Part shown: one piece after another, positions 1-8,516 of the stretch
How the letters are laid out: each line of letters opens with the position of its first letter
Position numbering within the stretch: position 1 is the stretch's first letter
NCBI GenBank assembly: GCA_002421785.1
Contig: DIRZ01000003.1
Coordinates: 400,700 to 432,699, forward strand
From: Candidatus Saccharimonadota bacterium
Lineage (GTDB): Bacteria > Patescibacteriota > Saccharimonadia > Saccharimonadales > Saccharimonadaceae
Length of the DNA: 32,000 nucleotides
Reading direction: 5' to 3'
Position numbers and translations under genes: made by a program
The notes under the pieces: model-generated
Databases searched by the model: none
What the model was told of the DNA's origin: nothing
The model's input: only the letters and a program-made list of their open reading frames with translations

Positions 1-472
1 GAATAACCGAGTTCTGGCTAGGGATGACGGGAGTATTGACGTTATGAAGTGATACGTCGACCAAAAAACGATTTCGCAAAAAGCGCTTGCCAATGAGTAC
101 TGGGAAACGATTATTGGCACGGTTTGCCAGCGTAAACGATGCTCGGTATTTTTTGCCCGCAATGACCAACGCCAGTTTTACGCGGTATCGAAGCTCATCA
201 TCACCGAAGGAATTTTTGATTTTCGCCAGACGAAAACTACGCGTGGTAAATACTTTCCCGGTGTAGCAGGCTGAACCTGGCCCGAACAAGACGAAAGACA
301 GTTCGCCGTCCTGTTCGTTTACCTCTGTCGCCCATACACTCGACCCATCAGCGCCAGTGTCCACCTTTACCGGAACGGGCATATCACTGTTCTCGGGGAA
401 TACAGCAAACTCGGTCGTTCCGATGACGCCGTAGGTCGCTTGGTTCTTATCTGACGATATGACCGTTTTCAT
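1..472 (-). CDS. Retropepsin-like aspartic peptidase domain protein (PF05618 'putative ATP-dependent zinc protease' / RimB-like); 3' end cut by the window edge
   Basis: Absent from the ORF track because it runs off the window. Hand translation from ATG 472..470 gives MKTVISSDKNQATYGVIGTTEFAVFPENSDMPVPVKVDTGADGSSVWATEVNEQDGELSFVLFGPGSACYTGKVFTTRSFRLAKIKNSFGDDELRYRVKLALVIAGKKYRASFTLANRANNRFPVLIGKRFLRNRFLVDV..., open to base 1. The D-T-G-A signature and overall pattern match the PF05618 family from memory. A consensus promoter lies directly upstream. Confidence 0.6.
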   Translation of the reverse strand, partial: MKTVISSDKNQATYGVIGTTEFAVFPENSDMPVPVKVDTGADGSSVWATEVNEQDGELSFVLFGPGSACYTGKVFTTRSFRLAKIKNSFGDDELRYRVKLALVIAGKKYRASFTLANRANNRFPVLIGKRFLRNRFLVDVSLHNVNTPVIPSQNSVI

Positions 473-479
473 TCTTTAT

Positions 480-508
480 ATTATAGCAAATCATTACCAT
501 TTTGTCAA
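480..508 (-). promoter_or_regulatory. Consensus sigma70-type promoter (TTGACA-17-TATAAT) ending 7 nt before the ATG at 472
   Basis: Minus strand reads TTGACA (508..503), aaatggtaatgatttgc, TATAAT (485..480), ataaaga, ATG (472..470). The 7-nt gap has no room for a Shine-Dalgarno. Confidence 0.7.
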
Positions 509-519
509 TATGTCCCACC

Positions 520-1974
520 TCAGGCAGCAACCGCTTGTTGTTTAGCAATTATCCGCTTAGCAAAGTAGAGCTCCTGGGGGTTAGTATGGTCAATATTGCC
601 AATATGACTATCGTCCATCGCTTCGCTCAACCTATCGTCGGCAATTGCCTGCCGATAATACGCAGCATCCTTCATTATCCCTTCGTAATACACCTTGAGT
701 TTGCTATAAATAACACCCGGCATCGCCCAGTTTGTGCCACGAAACGCGTTGTCATCGTGGACGGTCGCTTCCTTTTTTGCGCGTGCTTCAACTGCTTCGG
801 TAATAAACCCATCTTCTGCATACTTAACGGCGAGTAGGCGCCACATCATTTCATAGGTTTGCCGGCCGTCCTTGGGCTGGCCATCCGCACCAAGCGCTAG
901 TCCTGCAACGATATACCGGTCGCGTGCGCGATTAATTGATGGATTTTCCATCGTGCCAGCCTCCGCACACTCGTATAGTACCCCATCGCCCTCCTCAACA
1001 TCCGCGCTTTTCGCTGTACCGTACTTTAACAGCCGCACACCCGTGGCTTCACCTTTGACGCTTCGGTCAGCATGAACACCACGCTCATGCAGGTAGAGCC
1101 GACGTAATTCTGCGGCGTTGCGACGGGTTGTAGCGGGCAGGTAAATTCTCTTTTTTGCGACATGCGTAGACACAATGCTGATTTCATGCGAGACTTCAAA
1201 TTTCCACTTGCCCCCATCAAAACCGTCAGCATTGATGGCGCGGTTCATTATGTCTGCACACTGCGTTGCGTCGTAATACACATCATCAGGCGTATCGGGG
1301 AATTCCTCTAGTTCTTTGCCAAATCTGCGATGAAGTTCTTTCTGGATAGCAATGAGCTCACTGTTAGTCAGCAGCTCGGCCTCTTCGCCTTGAAATTCGT
1401 GCATATCAAAATAGCGGAGCAGCTGTTGCTGGATATTACGCGTACGTTCGTCTGCCGGTATAAAATTCGCGACACGCCGCGATTCTGTTGCCATCATCGC
1501 ACCAAATACCGCCTCGTCAATCTCGCCATAAATCTCATGATTGAGCTGCATAAATTCTTGACGAGCGGTCTGAACTGCTTGGGAATTCCCCGCTTCACGA
1601 AGTCGCTTTGCAGCCTCAACCAACATCATTTTTTTTAGTCGCATCTCATGACCACCTGCATAGAATTCATATTCTTCATCAGATATCACCCCAGACCCTT
1701 TATTTGCCTCGAGTTCGAGAATCGCCTCGTAGGTATCGCGCTTTCTTTCTGCAAATGTCGTTTTGCCCTCGACTGTATCGTAAAGTCGATCGAGCTTAGG
1801 GTACAAATAATCAGGCTCGTACGCCGAGCCATGGATAAAAGCTCTTTGGCTCTCAGCACGCCTGGCGGTGGAATCCTGGAAATACGGATAGTCCGTGAAG
1901 CCACTTTTCACATCGACATATGCTTGGATTTCTGGTGCTGATTTTTGTGTTTGCATAATGCTTACGCCTAGCAT
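520..1974 (-). CDS. DUF1704 / MATCAP-like metallocarboxypeptidase-family protein (atypical HExxxH)
   Basis: 484-aa ORF. HERGVH is encoded at 1089..1072, followed about 25 aa later by VEEGDGVLYE, which I take as the counterpart of the QEGLA-type motif of DUF1704/TIGR02421 as I recall it. An alternative in-frame start is MQTQ at 1956. Confidence 0.6.
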   Translation of the reverse strand: MLGVSIMQTQKSAPEIQAYVDVKSGFTDYPYFQDSTARRAESQRAFIHGSAYEPDYLYPKLDRLYDTVEGKTTFAERKRDTYEAILELEANKGSGVISDEEYEFYAGGHEMRLKKMMLVEAAKRLREAGNSQAVQTARQEFMQLNHEIYGEIDEAVFGAMMATESRRVANFIPADERTRNIQQQLLRYFDMHEFQGEEAELLTNSELIAIQKELHRRFGKELEEFPDTPDDVYYDATQCADIMNRAINADGFDGGKWKFEVSHEISIVSTHVAKKRIYLPATTRRNAAELRRLYLHERGVHADRSVKGEATGVRLLKYGTAKSADVEEGDGVLYECAEAGTMENPSINRARDRYIVAGLALGADGQPKDGRQTYEMMWRLLAVKYAEDGFITEAVEARAKKEATVHDDNAFRGTNWAMPGVIYSKLKVYYEGIMKDAAYYRQAIADDRLSEAMDDSHIGNIDHTNPQELYFAKRIIAKQQAVAA

Positions 1975-2033
1975 ATCATAATTTACGACACGCGGCGAGT
2001 GTTATAGTGCCCAGTCAACCCCGAAGAATGAGG

Positions 2034-5000
2034 CTAGGATATGGGCGGTGGGGTGTGCTTTTTGTCCGACTTAATAATCACATAAACCACTGCGCCAATG
2101 ACGATTAAGCCAATGGCAATCGTGAGTAGCGAGGTGTAGCCTTTGAGCATATAAAGCACCGCCAATGTCACACCCGCCGCACCCCACCACGTTGCAACAC
2201 GGTAGGCATAAACAAGTCCGGCAATCACAATCAAAACGTGCTCGATGAGGAACAGCAGCTGTGGGCCGCCGCCTTCAGAGAGTGCCGCATTCAGCGTTGG
2301 AAGACTGAGTAGCAGCAGGCCAATAATCAGCCGAACCTTTGCTTTAGGCCGCGTGCGAAGTGCGAGGTATGCGTAGGCAACTGCAAAAGCGGCGAAGGCC
2401 CAGAGATGCGTATACACAAGATGATGCATGTCGGGGAAGTACACGCCAATCATTCGCTGGAATCCAACCATACCGATAATCACACCAAGATCGACGAGTC
2501 GCAGCCGACGATACTCTCTGTCGTCATAACAGATTACCGAACCGATAGCCAGGAGCGCTATGCCTGCCGCCAGCACATCAGTCTGACTGCTTGAAAACAG
2601 AGCAAACATACCTGCGATTGTGGTTGTCAAGATTGCAGACAAGAACATAATATCCCAAACCGCCGCGTCATTGCGCCACGATCGGTAAACCCGCCCGCCG
2701 ACATAGAAGGCGCCCAGCCCCACCCATGCAATACAGACGGCCGTCTGCGTAAATGTAAGGCTGGCCCACGTGCCAACAAGCCCAGTTAAAATAATCGCTG
2801 CAAGGTTGGCGCCGTAAAGTAATTGACGATTCCCCGTGCGATACGTCGCGTGGTAGAGTGCCACCGCAGCCGCAAGCCATGCGACCGTTCGCCACATTGC
2901 ATCGTACTCACCAGCACTAAAATCAGAAAACAGTGTAAGCACACCAAACGTCACTGCGGTGAGCATGCCCGTCTGCCATGTAGCGGATAGTGCGGACCAC
3001 ATACGCCCACTCGAACGCCACCACTCACTGACGCCCACGAAGCCGATAAATGCCAGCCAGCCGATAAATGCGGTTGTTTCGGGCCACGTGAATTGAAGCA
3101 TTGCCGCAATCAGCCATAGCTCAACGACCGTTGCAATGTGCCCGAATGTTAGCGACACAACCGAGCGCGCTCGCCACGCAACGTAGTACAGTATGCCCAC
3201 GAGCGCCAACCAAGCTGCTGCTTTCAGGTTTGCTGCATCCACTGCGACGAGCGCAAACAGCGCGAGCGTCGTACCGATGATGATTCCGCCAATTTGAAGC
3301 AATTTACTGATATCGCCCCCTCGCTCACCATGCCTTCGTGCATACTCCCCGCCGCCAATCATCATCAACGCGTTAACCGCCGTCAATACGATAATCGTCG
3401 TATTGGTCGCCCAGTGATAATGTTGTCCCAAACTAGCAAGCACTGCGAGCACTGCCGCGTTGCCAAAAACAATCATTATGTCCACGCGCTCGCGAATCAC
3501 GATAAAGTAACAGGTTGCAGCAAGGATAATCCACCAGGCTGCACCCCACAGGCCACCAAGTAGCGGCGCCATTACTCCCATTATCATCAGCCAAACGCCG
3601 ACATATGAATATATGACCGCAGCCTCACCCACGTGGCCGGGGCGCATAACACGGACTCCAAACAGTGCGATGAGCATCAGGACATAGGTGATGAATAGCT
3701 GCTGGGTTTCAATGACAGGGCTGGCGACAAACTTACCAACCAGAAGCGGCAATACTGTCAGGCCTAGCAGAAGCGGTATCCCAAACTCGAATCGCCGTAG
3801 ACGAATTAAGGCATACATCGCCACTAGTACGATTGCGACGTATTCAACAGTCATAATAAACGCATTCCCAGGATTCGTAACATCTAGTACCATGCCCGTT
3901 GCCAAAAGCGCGACGCCGAAACCTATCCACTGCATAATTTCGTGATGACTATCGCCAGCCCGCAAGCGGGGCGCAAGGAAAGCAGTCGACGATACCGCAT
4001 TCACGAGGCCTGCAGCAGCAAGTGCATAGCTCATCATCACCCAGGAGTTGTCGGTGAGTGCCGCAACGAATGATACCGCCGCGATAATCATAATACAGCG
4101 TGCAACAACCCAGTACGTGGTTCGTAATGCAGTAGTACTCGCAATGACTGCCTGCGCCACATAATACAGCGCAGCGACACTAAATACAGCCGCATATTCA
4201 CCGGCTGTCATTGTCCAAAATGAAAATACCGCTCCGGTCAAAGCTACAGGTACGGCCACAGGGCTGGTTTTGACGATTGGCTCTGCAAATTCCTGGGGTA
4301 TCCACGCGTATTTATAGTGCGCCAAAAGCGTCAGGAACGAACCGAACGCGATCATCACCACGTAATACCACATAATCTGCGCATGGCCGACTGCTGGCAG
4401 TGTGCACGAGAAGATAAAAAGCGATAAGATGGACACATACGCAAGCAGCTGGCTTTTCATAGCCATGGTCGCGTGAATATACATAGCAGATCCAATGAGT
4501 GACGTCACGAGCCAACAGGTTGCAGCGTCTTTAGTGACAAGGTAATACATCGTGATGCCAGCGATTGGCACCGCTGCAAGCGCCGTGCCAATAAAAGCAA
4601 CTGCGGCAGGCTTAAGAATTGGCACGTGCCGATTGATGACAAAGCCAGCCACATAGAATACGAATATCATGAGCCAAACGATGGCGAACTTCACCCCATT
4701 GCCAAGGCCGATGGTTTGTGCGAGCAGAATAATACCCGACACCAGCAATAGACTCGCCACATACAACGCAATGTTGATGGTGTGACTTCGGTTTCGCTCA
4801 CGGCGCTCATCGTTCGTAATGGCAGTAGGGGCGAACGGCTGGCCAATATAGGTAGTATCGGCATTTGGACTGTCAAGTGTCGTCACATACCCATAGGGAC
4901 TCATTTGTAATGGGACATCAACATAATTGAGGGATGGGTCGGCTACCGCGGCTTCTGCCGGTGCGGCATAGTCCCCTGCTGCATATGTCGCAGGCATGGC

Positions 5001-5201
5001 AGGCTCAGGACTAATCGCAGGCTCTGGCTTAGGAGGCTCGGGTGAAATACCGTGCTTCTGCTCAGTCGCCCTTACGCCATCCCAGTAGCCCTGCCGGTAC
5101 GATATGCTGTAATAATCCAGCGTATCAGGCTGCTTGCCACTACGCGATACTAGCGCAATTACCAGTACGATAACCACAATAAATAGCAAAAATTCTAACA
5201 C
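2034..5201 (-). CDS. Very large polytopic integral membrane protein (1055 aa, about 30 hydrophobic segments), function unknown
   Basis: Uninterrupted 3.2-kb ORF with a GTG start, AAGGGG 9 nt upstream and a TATAAT at 5222..5217. It has an N-terminal TM helix, a Pro/Glu-rich linker (SPEPPKPEPAISPEPAMP), then continuous hydrophobic helices. G-E-Y motifs recur (TAGEYAAVF, GGGEYARRH, SAGEYDAMW). Confidence 0.8.
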   Translation of the reverse strand: MLEFLLFIVVIVLVIALVSRSGKQPDTLDYYSISYRQGYWDGVRATEQKHGISPEPPKPEPAISPEPAMPATYAAGDYAAPAEAAVADPSLNYVDVPLQMSPYGYVTTLDSPNADTTYIGQPFAPTAITNDERRERNRSHTINIALYVASLLLVSGIILLAQTIGLGNGVKFAIVWLMIFVFYVAGFVINRHVPILKPAAVAFIGTALAAVPIAGITMYYLVTKDAATCWLVTSLIGSAMYIHATMAMKSQLLAYVSILSLFIFSCTLPAVGHAQIMWYYVVMIAFGSFLTLLAHYKYAWIPQEFAEPIVKTSPVAVPVALTGAVFSFWTMTAGEYAAVFSVAALYYVAQAVIASTTALRTTYWVVARCIMIIAAVSFVAALTDNSWVMMSYALAAAGLVNAVSSTAFLAPRLRAGDSHHEIMQWIGFGVALLATGMVLDVTNPGNAFIMTVEYVAIVLVAMYALIRLRRFEFGIPLLLGLTVLPLLVGKFVASPVIETQQLFITYVLMLIALFGVRVMRPGHVGEAAVIYSYVGVWLMIMGVMAPLLGGLWGAAWWIILAATCYFIVIRERVDIMIVFGNAAVLAVLASLGQHYHWATNTTIIVLTAVNALMMIGGGEYARRHGERGGDISKLLQIGGIIIGTTLALFALVAVDAANLKAAAWLALVGILYYVAWRARSVVSLTFGHIATVVELWLIAAMLQFTWPETTAFIGWLAFIGFVGVSEWWRSSGRMWSALSATWQTGMLTAVTFGVLTLFSDFSAGEYDAMWRTVAWLAAAVALYHATYRTGNRQLLYGANLAAIILTGLVGTWASLTFTQTAVCIAWVGLGAFYVGGRVYRSWRNDAAVWDIMFLSAILTTTIAGMFALFSSSQTDVLAAGIALLAIGSVICYDDREYRRLRLVDLGVIIGMVGFQRMIGVYFPDMHHLVYTHLWAFAAFAVAYAYLALRTRPKAKVRLIIGLLLLSLPTLNAALSEGGGPQLLFLIEHVLIVIAGLVYAYRVATWWGAAGVTLAVLYMLKGYTSLLTIAIGLIVIGAVVYVIIKSDKKHTPPPIS

Positions 5202-5260
5202 CCCTGGTCACCCCTTATTATAGCCATAATGGTTATAGTATATCAGTTATGAAGGAGTTT

Positions 5261-6367
5261 TTATGAAAACAGGCTATGCTTTTTTGCAGAATCAAACTGC
5301 TCGAGTAAATCACGCTGTTTTTTACTCAATTTAGTGGGTGTGTCCACTACAATACTCACAATGTGTGCACCGCGCGCTTCGCCGCGTAAATGCGGTACGC
5401 CATGGCCACTCAGCTTAAAGTCAGTGCCGCTTTGTGTACCCGCGGGAACCTTCATCGTCACTGTACCATCAACGGTCTCGACATCAATTTCCGTCCCGAG
5501 TGCCGCTGCAACCATATCAACATGCTCTTCGCTGAGCACTAAGTAACCTTCACGCGTAAACTTCTTGTGGGCTTTGACCCGTATATGAACGTACAAATCG
5601 CCCTTGGCTCCGCCGCCGATTGCCTCGCCGCGCTCACGCAAGCGAATCGTCGCGCCATCATCGATGCCGGCGGGTATTTTAACCGTCACACTCACCGTCC
5701 GGCGCTCCGTTCCCTTGCCGCGACACACACTGCACACAACTTCTGGCACTTTGCCTTTGCCTTTACAGGTTTCGCAGGTTACAGCCTGTTGAATTTGTCC
5801 GAACATCGTATTCATCAGTCGCACCTGTTGTCCGGCACCCTTACAGGCCTCACACGTCTTTAAGCTATGGCCTGGTTCGACTGTTGTCCCATGGCAGTGG
5901 CTACACTCGTCGTCCAAATTCATAGACAGCTTTTCTTCTTTTCCAAATACCGCCTCTTCAAATGTCAGGGTGACGCTCGTCTCTACGTCACGGCCCCTCG
6001 TGGGGCCGTAGGGCTGTTGGGCCCCGCCGCCAAAGAACTGGCTAAAGATATCTCCAAAGCCGCCCGCGCCATTGAAGTCAAAGTGAACGTCTTGCCCGTT
6101 GAAGTTAAAGCCTTCGAACGGATTGCCACCCGCACCACCACCGGCGCCACCGCCCACACCCGCGTGACCAAACTGATCATAACGCTGGCGTTTTTGCTGG
6201 TCTTTCAAGACCTCATAGGCCTCGTTGATTTCCTTGAACTTAGCTTCATCGCCACCCTCTTTGTCAGGGTGGTGTTTCACGGCAGCTTTGCGAAACGCCT
6301 TCTTAATTTCATCTGCACTGGCTGTTTTTGACACACCAAGCACTTCGTAATAATCACGTTTAGTCAT
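5261..6367 (-). CDS. dnaJ: Molecular chaperone DnaJ (Hsp40)
   Basis: J domain with HPD (KHHPDKEGG), a Gly-rich linker, four CxxCxGxG zinc-finger repeats ([32 protein letters not shown]) and a C-terminal substrate-binding region. Confidence 0.97.
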   Translation of the reverse strand: MTKRDYYEVLGVSKTASADEIKKAFRKAAVKHHPDKEGGDEAKFKEINEAYEVLKDQQKRQRYDQFGHAGVGGGAGGGAGGNPFEGFNFNGQDVHFDFNGAGGFGDIFSQFFGGGAQQPYGPTRGRDVETSVTLTFEEAVFGKEEKLSMNLDDECSHCHGTTVEPGHSLKTCEACKGAGQQVRLMNTMFGQIQQAVTCETCKGKGKVPEVVCSVCRGKGTERRTVSVTVKIPAGIDDGATIRLRERGEAIGGGAKGDLYVHIRVKAHKKFTREGYLVLSEEHVDMVAAALGTEIDVETVDGTVTMKVPAGTQSGTDFKLSGHGVPHLRGEARGAHIVSIVVDTPTKLSKKQRDLLEQFDSAKKHSLFS

Positions 6368-6388
6368 ATCTGTTATAAGTATAGTAAA

Positions 6389-6415
6389 CTAGCACTCGAA
6401 ATACAAGAGTGCTAA
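6389..6415. promoter_or_regulatory. CIRCE operator (HrcA binding site) upstream of dnaJ
   Basis: CTAGCACTC-N9-GAGTGCTAA, one mismatch to the consensus TTAGCACTC-N9-GAGTGCTAA. It lies between the dnaJ start (6367) and the stop of the upstream gene (6417). On the minus strand a TATACT follows it, 10 nt before the ATG. Confidence 0.85.
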
Positions 6416-6416
6416 C

Positions 6417-8063
6417 CTAAAAATGCTGACGGATGTGATTGAAGCTATATTCCCACGTTGCATCGGTTTTCTTGTGCGGGTTGAAGATGTTAAGTGGATC
6501 ATACAGTTGCTTTATCTCTTTCATATAGCCAAGAACGTTCGGGCTATACATCGCCGAAAGCCATGGGCCACGAATCATGCCGTCGTTATGTTCCCCACTC
6601 ACGCTCCCTCCATATTTTATGACCAGGGTGTTCACTTCTTTCATGGCAGGTTCGAACTTGGCGCGTTCCGCCGGGTCTTCAATTTTCATGAGCGGTATAA
6701 CATGGAAATTTCCATCGCCAAGATGGCCAGCAATCGTTGCGAGCAACTTGTACTTTTTCACAATCTCACGCAGCTGCGGCAAGAACTCGCTCAGGCGTGC
6801 CGGTGGCACAATCAAGTCATCAATAAATGGCGCAGTGTGCTTGTCCTTCACCTTACTGCGCAGCAAGTTAAAGCTTTCGCGTCGCATCAACCAAAATTTA
6901 CGTCCGGCCGCCTCTGTGGCATCTTCTTCCATATAGCTAAAGTTATGGCCTGCCAAGTGCTGTTTTGCCGTATGAATCTTCACTTTTACCTCATCTGCGC
7001 TGTTGCCAGTAAATTCGATGAGCAAAATGAGCTTTGGCACTCCACGAAACAATGCCAGACCATCTGGAATCAGCTGCAGACACATTACCATCCACGTTAC
7101 AAAACCCAGTCGCTTAATAAATGCAAAGATAAATTTAAAGCTGAGCCACAAGGTATTGTCGTCAAAACATTCAAACGTCGCAGGTTTTTCTGCGAGCACT
7201 GCTGGAATGACTTCCCCCAGGTTATCAATCGATTTCATGTAGCAAACGAGCGTGCCGCTGTGGCTCGGCTTGGGAACCAGCGAAAGCGTTGACTCTGTGG
7301 TAATTCCCAGCGTTCCCTGCGCGCCAACAAACAATTTTGTTAAGTCAAAAATACCCGTATCTCGGTTCCAAATGTTCCATAGGTGATAACCGGTAGAATC
7401 TTTGCTGACCTTTGGGGCTGCGGCTCTAATTTCATCATAATGGCCGTCCAGTAGTTCGAACGTTCGTCGATACAAATTGCCTTCAAATGTGTCTTGTCCC
7501 ATCTTGGCGTTCAACTCATCGCGCGTGAGTGGCTTCACCTCATACTCATTGCCATCGCTCAAAACAACGCGCAGATGAGTCACGAAGTTGTCGGTCTTAC
7601 CAAACTGGAGCGACTTTTCGCCACCGCTGTTATTATTCACGATTCCACCCATGCCCGCGAGCTCACGGCTTGCGGGGTAGCTAGGCAATATGCTGCCATG
7701 CTTCAGCGTTTCAACTTCGAAATCTTTATACATCGCCCCTGGCTGTGTCGTTGCGGATTCAGCGGAAACATTCGTGACGGCGGTCATATGACGACTGGTA
7801 TCGACAATAATCGAATCGTTGATTGCCGCCCCTGACATATCCGTTCCGCGCGAGCGTGCCGTGAGGCTTAGGTTGGGGACGTCTTTTTTATGCTCAGCAA
7901 CAAATGCTACCAGTGCTTTAATGTCATCGCCACTTTTAGGGAATACCACGACCTGAGGCTTTAACTCAAATAAGCTTGCGTCATGACTGTAGAATTCTCT
8001 GGTTTCATCACTTGCGTCAACGTCGCCTTGAAGAATCTTGCTTAGCTCACCCGGTAGATCCAT
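6417..8063 (-). CDS. FAD-linked oxidase / dehydrogenase (GlcD / D-lactate dehydrogenase-like, PCMH-type FAD-binding domain)
   Basis: 548-aa ORF. The N-terminal FAD-binding region is VVVFPKSGDDIKALVAFV...LTARSRGTDMSGAAI. The C-terminal motifs GHLGDGNFHV and SGEHNDGMIRG are typical of the FAD-oxidase C-terminal domain. Confidence 0.8.
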   Translation of the reverse strand: MDLPGELSKILQGDVDASDETREFYSHDASLFELKPQVVVFPKSGDDIKALVAFVAEHKKDVPNLSLTARSRGTDMSGAAINDSIIVDTSRHMTAVTNVSAESATTQPGAMYKDFEVETLKHGSILPSYPASRELAGMGGIVNNNSGGEKSLQFGKTDNFVTHLRVVLSDGNEYEVKPLTRDELNAKMGQDTFEGNLYRRTFELLDGHYDEIRAAAPKVSKDSTGYHLWNIWNRDTGIFDLTKLFVGAQGTLGITTESTLSLVPKPSHSGTLVCYMKSIDNLGEVIPAVLAEKPATFECFDDNTLWLSFKFIFAFIKRLGFVTWMVMCLQLIPDGLALFRGVPKLILLIEFTGNSADEVKVKIHTAKQHLAGHNFSYMEEDATEAAGRKFWLMRRESFNLLRSKVKDKHTAPFIDDLIVPPARLSEFLPQLREIVKKYKLLATIAGHLGDGNFHVIPLMKIEDPAERAKFEPAMKEVNTLVIKYGGSVSGEHNDGMIRGPWLSAMYSPNVLGYMKEIKQLYDPLNIFNPHKKTDATWEYSFNHIRQHF

Positions 8064-8124
8064 ATATCTTTATGGTACCCGCTCGCTAGCAAAAGCACAA
8101 GCATTATCGTACCCTTGCTGCAGA

Positions 8125-8133
8125 TGCTATACT
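8125..8133 (+). promoter_or_regulatory. Extended -10 box (TGcTATACT) 6 nt upstream of the FKBP start codon
   Basis: tgcTATACT acagct ATG(8140); no SD in between. Confidence 0.55.
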
Positions 8134-8139
8134 ACAGCT

Positions 8140-8514
8140 ATGGCATATGAAGGAACAAAACTAGCAGATTTCGCGCCCCTCGACCGAGTAAGCGAACTAC
8201 AAATCATTGATATCGAGGAAGGCACTGGCGCTGTCGTGCAACCAGGCGCAACCATCACCGCCCACTATACGGGCGCACTCTGTAAAAACGGTATTATTTT
8301 CCAAAGTAGTCACGACTTTGGCAAACCGATTTCGTTCGGGCTCAACCAGGTGATTCGCGGATGGACCGACGGCGTACCGGGCATGAAGGTGGGTGGCATG
8401 CGACGACTCATTATCCCAAGTGACATGGCCTACGGTTCAGCGCGCGCGGCCAGTAACATTCCGCCAAACAGCGATCTGGTCTTTGATATCGAGCTCGTGG
8501 ATATTGCAGGCTAA
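8140..8514 (+). CDS. FKBP-type peptidyl-prolyl cis-trans isomerase
   Basis: From MAYEGTKLADF...; motifs HYTGAL..G..F.SS, FGLNQVIRGWTDGVPGMKVGGMRRLIIPSDMAYG and LVFDIELVDI. The track ORF starts at 8038, but that extension overlaps the divergent gene and the promoter, so the ATG at 8140 is preferred. Confidence 0.9.
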   Translation: MAYEGTKLADFAPLDRVSELQIIDIEEGTGAVVQPGATITAHYTGALCKNGIIFQSSHDFGKPISFGLNQVIRGWTDGVPGMKVGGMRRLIIPSDMAYGSARAASNIPPNSDLVFDIELVDIAG

Positions 8515-8516
8515 TA

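Noticed and set aside
5867-6331. 154-aa plus-strand ORF antisense to dnaJ, and similar ORFs antisense to dnaK (12477..14297), lepA, murJ, tilS and the polymerase gene
   Set aside because: These are shadow ORFs within well-supported genes, with no start signals and unconvincing composition.
6423-7292. 289-aa plus-strand ORF, and others (6577..6936, 7003..7242, 7494..7835), antisense to the FAD oxidase gene
   Set aside because: The opposite strand has clear family motifs (GHLGDGNFHV, SGEHNDG). The antisense products have no recognisable features.
8038-8139. 5' extension of the FKBP ORF (MLSSPGRSIYLYGTRSL...)
   Set aside because: It overlaps the divergent FAD-oxidase start and contains the TGcTATACT promoter. 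The FKBP domain begins at the ATG at 8140.
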